Assembly (NCBI RefSeq): GCF_037042905.1
Contig: NC_087252.1
Location: forward strand, 8,000,001-8,060,000
Direction of reading: 5' to 3'
DNA: 60,000 bases
Source of the DNA: Lytechinus pictus
Lineage: Eukaryota
The notes below the pieces were generated by a model. It was not told the DNA's origin, did no database searches, and saw nothing but the letters and a program-made list of their open reading frames with translations. The position numbers were made by a program, and so were the translations under genes. This document shows positions 51,001 through 60,000 of the stretch, piece by piece; the stretch's first letter is position 1, and each line of letters starts with the position of its first letter.

Positions 51001-53471
51001 GTAGGGGCCTAAGTATAAAGATTAGTTGCATCAGCAATGAATTTGATTTCAAAGAAAGTCATTCAACTTACCAAATGAATCAGAATGATTTGAGAGTTAG
51101 CATATAGGTCAATGTATGCTGATTGGTTAATTAACATTACCAATTCATTGATAATCATATATGTGTCTTCTCCATGTGCACTGTCATGCCTATTACTTCA
51201 ACTATAAACTGCCATAATTGTTTTTTTCTACGTTTTGCGGCTGCCATGATATTGTCTGCATTAGTAGCCATGTTTCTCAGCTTTAGTATGACAAATAACC
51301 TAGCTTTATCTGACCAGGGTTTCTCAAAAAGTCTAGCACTCAAGCCTTTCACAGGCCACTTACAGTACCATACAACCATATATAAATTCTAGTGTGTTCC
51401 CTTGAATAGAGGCAACTGACAATTGTTTATCCTAGAAAAGATAATTTGTGGTGTTTAATAATTCTTTTGTACAGCCTATTGTTTAGTGGTGTGAAACATT
51501 AAAAAATGCATGTGCTGGAACATTTCACTGATATGAAGCAAAATAGGACAATTAATCCTGTACTAACGAATGTCCTTCCTCCACGTGCACCTCCATCCCA
51601 AAATCGAATCAGTTCGTTGGCTTTGCAACTTGCAAGATACATACATGTGCATGTCCCAAGTTTGGATGGTAATCCGTCCATCGGGTCTAATGATTTCATT
51701 GAAATCTGGACATGTAGTCAAATAGTGTACAATTTTGTGGGCATAATTTGGTGGCTTAAGCATCTGTAATTTTTCCATATTTAAAAATTCTTTTCAGAAA
51801 AAGATTTTAAAAAATGAGAAAAAATGTACCCATGTTAAAAATTGTGCCCATTCGTGTACTACAGCGAGGACACTGCAATTTCGAAAACCACCACAGCCTC
51901 TTGGTTTTGAATTAGGCTATTAATATGGGCTAATATGTGGGTCAACTGTCTTTTAGTTGTGACAAGGAATATCTCAATAGCACATAATTAATAGCCCCAT
52001 TTAAAACCAAGAGGATGTATGCTCTGTAAAAAAAAAAGTTAGGCAGATGTTACTGGGCAAATCAAAGTTGGGCACGTTTTTGTCAAATAATTGGGTTATT
52101 TTCTCCCAACCATTTACTGTATGAAGTTACCTAATAAAAGGTCAAAAATAAGTTGGGTAGGTGTTACTTGGTAAAACTGATGTTGGGCAAATTTGGTCCA
52201 ACAATTGGGTTATTTTCTACCAACCATGTAGTTACCGATGAAATAATTGGGTAATATTTTTGGGCAAATTAAAGTTGGTCATTTTTGTCCAATAATTGGG
52301 TTATTTTCTACCAACCATGTAGTTACTGATGAAATAATTTGCCCAACTAGTGTCGAATATACTACACATTATGGTGAGAATTGGGTGAATTTCTGATTGG
52401 GGCAAAAAATTTTGGTTAAAAGTTGGGTATTTTCTTTTCATCCAACACTGGGTAAATCATGCAAAATCTTTAATGTACCCAATAGTTAGTCGGACACATA
52501 AGTGCCTTCATGTTGGGTAAAAATTGGGCACTTGCCCAACATTTTTAAGAGTGTTTGGATTTCAAAGTCCTGTAGAAAATGAAAGGGCAAAATCCTTAAC
52601 ATGGCAATGGGCAAGACAATGTCTCACGTTTTGAAATCTAGACTTCTAGTTCTACAGGAAAATGAAAGATGATCTTCCACAAAATAATGTTCATAAAATT
52701 GTACATTATTTGACAACTTCAATTTTCTGATGAATCATTCAGTTCAGTGTTGATTATTAAATATAAGTAGGCCTAGACCTAGATCTAGACCTAGATCTAG
52801 ACTAGATAATAGTAGTCTAGTCTAGATCTAATACCAATTTCAGATAACAGAGATAATTGTTCAAAATGACACCAGTCCCATGTACTGTATACTATCTGGG
52901 TACACACCTACAAGTATGTGGTCAAATGTATTGGACCACATACAACCCATGATCCATAGAAAATGGAGGGTATTGTGTTATGTATGTATTGTAGCAGGAA
53001 ACAGCACAGAAATCCAGGTTTTGGGCTTTGGGTTTTTACTAAAATCTTGAACAAAATATTTTTTTAAATATTCATTTGTGATCTAAAATTCATGAAAACA
53101 GTACACAATTTGAATTTGATATCTATATCAATCAAATATTAGTTTGGATTAGTGACACATGCATTAAAAGAGCAAATTTGAGGCAAAGTTTAATAGACCA
53201 ATTGAATTGAAGCGTATTCATTAAGGCATTGAGCACTGAGGCATAGAACTAGTCTACATGTTGCCCATGTGTTGTTATGGATATGGGAACAAGTCTACAA
53301 ACAACAAGTACCTGTTGATCATGTTATAAACTTCTAATCTAAATAAGATGTGAACGTACCCTCTAGTATCTTTAACACTGACGGACATCCCCATCTTTGA
53401 ACGATTTTGGTGAGAGGGTCTATGAACCCATCTTCACTTGAACTATCTCCGCAGCAGTTGTCGAGCTCCAT
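42077..53471 (-). CDS. 9-exon SAM-domain (SAMD3-like) accessory protein, 538 aa: join 53471-53360, 50563-50454, 47298-47071, 46536-46306, 45421-45286, 45099-44900, 43986-43821, 43229-43111, 42391-42077
   Basis: All introns GT-AG and phase-compatible, 1617 nt with no stop found; N-terminal IVQRWG..ENEVDVKTLPLLSES..IPKIGPRLKF SAM-like motif; C-terminal AVDLCFKALYVMDIEY..WKFLQ. Confidence 0.8.
44128..44461. mobile_element. foldback MITE-like palindrome in an intron
   Basis: 57-bp perfect inverted repeat (44128-44184 / 44405-44461) with further internal symmetry. Confidence 0.75.
47870..50422 (-). CDS. EnSpm/CMC-type DDE transposase (~850 aa, intronless) with two N-terminal C2H2 fingers
   Basis: LYNDEFETANPLGS, VVGDNLGIH, CRFC, PDVMHDFTEG and TPKQHFLVHYP..GPL..RFEAMH motifs; first ATG at 50422. 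Confidence 0.9.
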   Translation of the reverse strand: MDSYRCFQCLDLIRGDISCLFHHLKYTHTTTRGKNVSITCMQGACRLTFRTLSGYRKHLVSKHAARIKTSSTTTKAVPDHQSETCYEGSVLGKNNNTEGNLEQLHQEKALFAGESSEQEDVSFETQTERLPDIAAKFVAELRARTNVPASHTNKVIQTAQDLVISVLQTVQQDVMDILSEPQYAANSELRSDIQDVFENSKNPFSELMSDTQQKKYFSEKGDFIQPCEVLLGTCLKPKIDRKTGDPLQSTEKETFQYIPLADTIKQYLERPGVMNAILSQKGSEDNDVLYLFKDGHYYKRQDATARQDCEFLVPLLLYNDEFETANPLGSKRGKHKVSAFYTSVLSLPRKYQARLENIMLTAMITSPLLSKYGISEVLKVIKDDLQQMWTDGLIIKCKEFEGRVRPYLFQVVGDNLGIHAMLGCTTCFRANYYCRFCRGHRSLLQKQPKEDAQYLRDEINYDTDLQKPLSESGLKHATVLNDLPYYHSTQNLCPDVMHDFTEGVLPLEMHLVLSRLVQKGFITLDEVNSRISSFNFGFVDRKNRPSPIRQASLKNPYSASGQTSAQMTCLAYNIPLMLGDKIDEMCDEWELLLSIIDIFKIIMSPSISKSAIYVLKAMIDDHHRLFMQLFPEASLTPKQHFLVHYPRALKHLGPLTQYSALRFEAMHRPFKQIASVSCNYQNIVKTLANRYQMARCYRSVSNQSLDSQDINVSQQAAALLGDLLDDEALCKKINCGRGTEVTVAGKVDIHGYEFRAGVDVLLYWTDDDGPMFGRVQHIVVVQEKLYLLLRLYQTLYFNRHVEAFAVQVGREEAQAAVEWCDLFDHRPVNAVQSYSGRGRCLYIVVHHSFI
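52020..52553. mobile_element. nested non-autonomous derivative of the same EnSpm group in intron 1
   Basis: Ends in CCCAACATTTTTAAGAGTG like the outer right terminus; many TTGGG(T/C)AA motifs; left end degenerate. Confidence 0.55.
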
Positions 53472-53489
53472 TTTTAGACCCTCAGGCTC

Positions 53490-53860
53490 TAGCATATGTA
53501 AGACTCCGCTATGATGCGTGTACGTACGTACATGTACGTACGTACAGGCTGCTAGTTACGTTGGTGTATCATCTAGCTCGAGCTCCAGGCCGCGCCCGGG
53601 ACGGCCGCGCCGGCTATACTGAGTAAATAGAAAAAGTACTGCGCATGCATGCCATGCTGATCGCGAGCGACCATGTGCGCGCTACCCCAAGACCAATACC
53701 AGGCAAACTTTACCCAAGTCTGGTTAAACCACTGATCTCTACGTAGAGATCAATGGGTTAAACGTAAGTCTAGTCCCCAATCGAAGGTTTCCACTGCCAT
53801 TACGCATGCGCGTAATTGACGATGATAGCGTACGTACCTGTACGTTCCATGATCATTACT
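53490..53860 (-). promoter_or_regulatory. CpG-rich putative promoter of the EnSpm transcription unit
   Basis: CpG-dense patch just upstream of ATG 53471, with GCGCATGC-type (NRF1-like) motifs and TACG repeats. Confidence 0.45.
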
Positions 53861-54099
53861 TACGTAGATTATGTAACTCTATAGGCCTACATGGTTAAGA
53901 TGGCTCAGTTTTCACAAAAGATAAATCTTGGACTCTTTCAGGATCAAACTCGCACACATTCATCGTCGCTTCAGCACTCTGTTGTTATAATTTTAAAATA
54001 AGTAAATGGTTATAATTACAGGAGATAATTTTAATTTTTCATAGCAATATTTAGGCCTACACAGCAGATTATGAGCTAAAGAAAATTGAGCTAAATATA

Positions 54100-55330
54100 T
54101 TTGGTAAAAGGCGGTGGTCAATTACTACCCTATGTAAGCAAACAAAAAAAGGCGCAAAGTGAAATTGGGTAACAGGCGTTGGTCAAATAGTACCCAATGT
54201 ATGAGCAAACAAAAATTGAGCAAATAATTGGGTAAGTGGTGATGGGTAATTATTACTCAGCATATGAGCAAACAAAAATTTGAGCAAAGTAAAATTGGGT
54301 AAGAGGCGGTGGTCATTTATTACCCAATATATGAGCAAACAAAAATTTGAGCAAAGTAAAATTGGGTAAGTGGTGATGGGTAATTATTACCCAATTATGA
54401 GCAAACAAAATTTGAGCAAAGTAAAATTGGGTAAGTGGTGATGAGTAATTATTACTCAGCATATGAGCAAACAAAAAATTGGGCAAAGTAAAATTGGGTA
54501 AGAGGCGGTGGTCATTTATTACCCAATATATGAGCTAACAAAAATTTGAGCAAAGTAAAATTGGGTAAGTGGTGATGGGTAATTATTACTCAGCATATGA
54601 GCAAACAAAAATTTGGGCAAAGTAAAATTGGGTAAGAGGCGGTGGTCAATTATTACCCAATTATGAGCAAACAAAATTTGAGCAAAGTAAAATTGGGTAA
54701 GTGGTGATGAGTAATTATTACTCAGCATCTAAGAATTACCCAACTACTTGGTAAATTGCTCTCAACTCCTTGGAATGATGTTGTTGCTAAATGTCTAATA
54801 ATTGGGTAAATATATTTGACATAAGTTGTGTAAATGCCCTGAAATAGATTGGGATAAAAATTACCCAACTTTGGAAACGATTTCACGACCAACCATCAAT
54901 TGCCCAAGTAATTTCAACCAACCTTCTAAGAGTGTATACCCAACCATCAGTTGCCCAACGAAATTTACCCAACTCGCAGTTGGAATGTGACAAAATTACA
55001 CAACTACAGGCAAAAATTACTCAATCCTAATTTGCAAAATAATGTTGGTAAATTTCTAGGCGAATTTCTACGCAACCATCAGTTGCCCAACGAAATTTAC
55101 CCAACTCGCAAAGGAAATGTGGCAAAATTACACAACTACGGGGCAACTAGTTCCCAACCCTCATTTACCAATACTGTTGGTAAATATCCGCCCAATAATT
55201 AAGTAAAAATAATTGCCCAATATTGGTTAAAACACTTGAATGCTTAATTGGTTAATAATAGCCCAGAATAACGAATTTTTTTAACCAACCAACAATTACC
55301 CAACTAAATTTACCCAACATTTTAAGAGTG
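54100..55330. repeat. right subterminal repeats, including a ~67-bp tandem array (54150-54730)
   Basis: Unit AAAGTAAAATTGGGTAAGTGGTGATGGGTAATTATTAC..ATGAGCAAACAAAAATTTGAGC; TTACCCAA motifs; extra terminus-like TAAGAGTG near 54933. Confidence 0.9.
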
Positions 55331-56089
55331 CAGCCATGTCAGATGCTAAAAGAGATGACTGGTGCTTATAACTTGTTAGGGATAGAGCAACATATATCTG
55401 GCACTGAATCACATATGGTGTGCAATGGCATAAAATAATAAAATTATGTCAAAACAGAAAGTTCTTTAATCAATTATTTTGACAATATCCTGAATATGTT
55501 ATTCTTTACAAGAAACCTGAAAATTTACTTATTTTTCTCACATTTTACTTTGCATTATGAAGAAAAACAGAACATTTCTTTGATTGAACATAACAGTGCA
55601 AGAGAATACACAATTATCACCAATATTGCAACTTATAGTATCACACTGAATTAGAAATTGATTGTTTTAGTAACTAAACTTACACACTGCATATCAATAA
55701 ATGATGATCCACTCTCTTCCTTTGAGACCCTACCCCCGCCTTTCCTCTTTCCTGAGAACAACTCAGACAGCAAAAAGAATGCTGTATTTTGCTGCTCATG
55801 TTCTATAATGAATAGAAGAGTAAAATTTTACATGTCAGTATAGGGGAGTATACAATGATATACATGTGCATTATCAAGATTTATTGTCTGTATTATATTT
55901 CCTAGTTCCTACTTTACTCTTTTTTGTCTTGTGATTTTTATGAAAATCCTTCCTCTGACCTATAAAAGTCAATAACAGAACCAAATCAAAACAGCAGTAC
56001 ATTCCTACCATTGCGGGGGTACTCCACTCCAAAGATATAGTAGGCGGCAAAGGTTGCTGCACATCCCTTCGATACGCTGGATGTCCTAC

Positions 56090-58885
56090 AGTGTATCCTT
56101 GTTCCATTTTGATGTGCAGCTCTTTTGTGTCAAGGGGTTTACCCTTAATCACAAGCGTTGGTGTCGGTACTGTGGCTTCCTTAAAGATAGAAACAAATAA
56201 TTGATTTGTTGTTGAAATATGTACACTGAATTTGGTGAAAAAATTGCAACCATCAAATAGATCTGGATTCATTAAGTGGACAGTAAAGTAGGTTACGCAT
56301 ATTCCATACACGTATCATTTTGCTTGTTTGATTTATGAACCAGTGAATGTGCATATCTTTAACAATAAATGTCTTCACAAGGAACAAAAGAGGTGCTTGG
56401 AGCAATACTGTCTACATGCATGCCGGTTTCCTGCAACTTTTTCTCATTTTTTTGCATTGCAAAACTACATCAATACAGTATGTTACAAAAACTCTATTCT
56501 CATTGTTATTTCCAATCATATCATTAAGTGGCATATATTTACATTTTACAATGTTATTATGCTTATATATGTAATAGGATATAAACTTGCATTGTAGGTA
56601 CCTTGTCAATGACATAAGTCAGAGCTTGAGTCCAAGCAACAGCGGTAGAAGAAGGCATGATGCATCCACAGTTAGATCTATGAGGAAATTGACAAAGCTT
56701 TTTATAATGCATGTTGGGGCTGAAGGTGTAATTACATTTGAAAAGCTTGCATTTATCTAAAAAAAAAAAAAAACTTGTTACCCTATATGACAGTCCATGT
56801 AAGTGCTACCCACACGCACCATAAAATACGCATCACCACATGCAAAACTTACTTCTATACTTAGAAAACAAATCTGGGATTGAAAATGGATACTCTACAA
56901 CCATGCATGTAACAAAGTTCTTCTAATCTCAAAATAATTTAGATAGCATTATAGATAGGAAGTCTCTTTAACACACCTAAAATTAACATGTGTAAAATAC
57001 TGGATACAGAAGAAAATAACGCAAAAGTACCTTTAGTAAAGCACATGTATCGGGGTAAGAAACTCGGTTTCAGTGGAATTGTGCCAGATCTTGATTTGAA
57101 CTGCCTCCTAGAGACTCATATATGTATATAAATTTATATATATATGTATATATGCACGACTCTTATTACCTCATAGGACCATATTGTAAAATTACTGTAC
57201 ATTAAGTTTGGTGAAGGAACAAAAATCCATCAAACAGATAATTCTAATCATGCTTTATTATTTTGAATTTCAATAGTTTCGAAAAAGTTTTAGTCTATCT
57301 GCAAGGGGAGTATCAGACATTATCTCATGGTCAGTTACTTGTACATGTATAATGAATCGGTAAATATGTAATAATCAAGCATTACCTCCTTTCATCTGGT
57401 CTGTAGTGCATTCATCAACCGCTGCTGTGAAAGACTCCATAATTTCTTTACAGCAGTTGTTCTTCTCGGCCATCTGAAGGATGACATCTGCTGTAGCCAA
57501 TAGGAATTTGCACATGGAGACATGCACATCCACCCCTCCATAAGCCACCTGAAGTTCTCGTAAAAGCTTGAAGGGAAAGAAAATGAAGTCCTTGGAAATC
57601 AATTCAAATGGTCTAATTTTGGCATCACACTGAAATTCAGTTCTGTAATTCATCTTAATATTTATATTAAAAAAATCACCTAATATTGTTAATTTACTAA
57701 AATACTTAAAGGATCATCTGCCAGCATACTTAGCTGTTCGCGACAGTCAATGCACATTTCTTTTACCATAATGAAATTCTTCGTGCAGTGAAGATTTATG
57801 ACACGTTTCTGCTGAAATTAACAAATTTTTTACTGTAATTTCTATTGTCTCAGACCCGAGACATTAAAGTAATGTTAATGAGTGCACATTCTCTTTTTAC
57901 ATGTTAATAAATGCAAATTTTAATGCCTAAAAAATTACAACTTAGTGGTATTACATACCTGTTTTTCTTCTCTGAAAATTGGAAATTCATCAAGTATTTC
58001 TGGGACTGAATGTTGCGCAATGTACTCCATCCTATAAGCCCTTGTTCGTGCCATTTTGTCCTCCAGGATTCCCTTCTCTGGTTCACGTCTTGTGGCTAAG
58101 ATCTTTAGATCACGTACATGGCGTTGTATGCTAGCAACATCTTCGCCATTCACAGTTTTCTAAATGAACAACAAAACCACAGATATTAAATAATTTGTCA
58201 ATGTAAAATCATTTCTCCGTGTAATTAAATGAATAGTCATTAAAATTTCATTATTTTCCCTTCTAATTACTGCAACTAATTTATAAATACTTATGATGGT
58301 CAGACATTAGCCTGAAATTGATGTGATTTGAATGAACAAAAACATAAGAAAAAACATAATATGCAGGCTTACGAGTAAATATATAAAATCAGGAAATAAT
58401 TGAATACTTAAAAGAATCTAAGTTTTGCAGTTATGCTGTAATATTTCTGCCATAGCAATTAGCCTTCTCCACAAAATTTTAGAAATAAAATTGTTTGATC
58501 ACCAAATAATTAATGATGAAAAAGACTGCAAAGCTGAAAGAAGTTGTGTATGGGGTCATCCTTAAGCGTGGCAAATAATAAACATTTATCATGGATGGCT
58601 ACAACCCAAACCACTCCGGTTCAGAGAAACATAGCCAATTACATGTACAACACATTTTTTAACTGAATTCTGGTGGGTAAGATGGTAAATACAAAAAAAC
58701 TTGTGTGATTATGTTCACCTCAAGAGAATTCCGCTTAGCTCGTTTCACAGGGGAAGGTGGTCGATTGAGATCTATTGGTGCCCGCTTATGGCCAAACATT
58801 CCTCTCTTCTTGAGAACATCTTCACTTGTCAGAGGTGTCCTTTCATGTTTGAATTTGTTGATCAGTGATTGTTTCCATGTGTCCT
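56090..58885 (-). pseudogene. exons of another SAMD3-like accessory gene (partial)
   Basis: AG/GT-flanked segments DTWKQSLINKFKHERTPL, GEDVASIQRH..KMARTRAYR..ILDEFPIF, LLRELQ.. and EATVPTPTLVIKGKPLD; no intact C-terminus seen. Confidence 0.6.
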
Positions 58886-59104
58886 TCAATAAAAATTAAC
58901 AATGCTCCATAAGCATCAAAACATGAAATGCATTAGGAAAAAAAAAACACTGGTACATATGAAATAAAAAATGGTATGCTTTTGAAGTAATCTGTGATAA
59001 ATTAAGTGGTCCTGTGGATTTGACCAATTTGTCTTTGTCTGACACTCCCATTGCTATACGGTAGTCCATGGAACACAGCATGCAGAGTACCAGTTCTTTG
59101 TCAA

Positions 59105-59359
59105 TGTCAGGAACATCTAGGAATATCTCAGCCTGTACTTCTTCATAAAACATGTACGTGTTTTCCTTGTCAGGAACATCTAGGAATATCTCAGCCTGTA
59201 CTTCTTCATAAAACATGTACGTGTTTTCCTTGTCAGGAACATCTAGGAATATCTCAGCCTGTACTTCTTCATAAAACATGTACGTGTTTTCCTTGTCAGG
59301 AACATCTAGGAATATCTCAGCCTGTACTTCTTCATAAAACATGTACGTGTTTTCCTTGT
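59105..59359. repeat. perfect 63-bp tandem repeat, 4 copies
   Basis: TGTCAGGAACATCTAGGAATATCTCAGCCTGTACTTCTTCATAAAACATGTACGTGTTTTCCT x4. Confidence 0.95.
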
Positions 59360-60000
59360 ACATTCTGTTTTAACATCCATAATCCACTAAGGAGCTTCAT
59401 GTACTTTCAAAACGGCGTAGGAAATACACAGGGGCTGAGGGCAATTTAAATGTAGCAACTAGAAATAACAAAATAGCCCCCTAACCTCATGTAAAACCCT
59501 CAAATTTCCTCATAGTGTTCAATAAATATCATACTAAAATCACTAAATCAGGCTTGAAGTATCCACTTAAAATATAAAATTGTACTTTCTGCTATTTTGA
59601 AATGAAATACACAAGAATAGCAATTGCCAACTAAATATCAAAGCACACCGCCAATCACAGTATAAAGTTAACAACGTTTCGAGCTTGGTCGCTGCCGTCA
59701 GGTCTGCGTAACATGCCATGTGCAAGTACATATATCTGTGGAACTGATGCACTAGTCAGAAGCACGGTCGGGTCTCGGGTAGGAAACTTTCAGATGTAAC
59801 AGGGGTCTTACTTTTATAAGAGATACTGGCTGTAACATGTGAACAATATAATAATCGCTTTTCTGTAGGTTTCTGTACAAGACTAATCATCCATACAGAA
59901 AGGTTCAAAATTGAACCTTCCTGGAAATTGAACCCTGGTTCGTACAAAGTGAACCCATAAAGGTGGAATATTCAACCCTTGTCGAGATATGTGTGCTGAA

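Larger units (their letters stand above)
39792..55330 (-). mobile_element. EnSpm/CACTA (CMC) DNA transposon, apparently complete
   Basis: Ends CACACTTAAAATAGTTGGG / CCCAACATTTTAAGAGTG; CA on both flanks (39790-39791, 55331-55332); subterminal repeat arrays; transposase and accessory gene. Confidence 0.88.

Overview
AT-rich, intron-containing eukaryotic DNA (probably a marine invertebrate; repeat style suggests an echinoderm, by inference) made almost entirely of nested mobile elements, with no confident host gene. (1) A full-length 18.66-kb Polinton/Maverick (endogenous adintovirus-like virus) at 18598-37256 has AGTAGT...ACTACT termini, ~780-bp TIRs and a 6-bp TSD (ATGGTC). It encodes integrase, minor and major capsid proteins, adenain protease, packaging ATPase, protein-primed PolB and PC4. 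Several core genes are disrupted and two TIR elements have inserted into it. (2) A 15.5-kb EnSpm/CACTA (CMC) transposon at 39792-55330 has CAC...GTG ends and a CA TSD and looks coding-intact. Its intronless ~850-aa transposase lies wholly inside intron 2 of a 9-exon SAM-domain (SAMD3-like) accessory gene on the same strand. The rest of the window holds duplicated relics of an older Polinton PolB, piggyBac and pogo-like remnants, a Helentron-like element inside a Kolobok-like element, further SAMD3-like relics, MITEs and several satellites.
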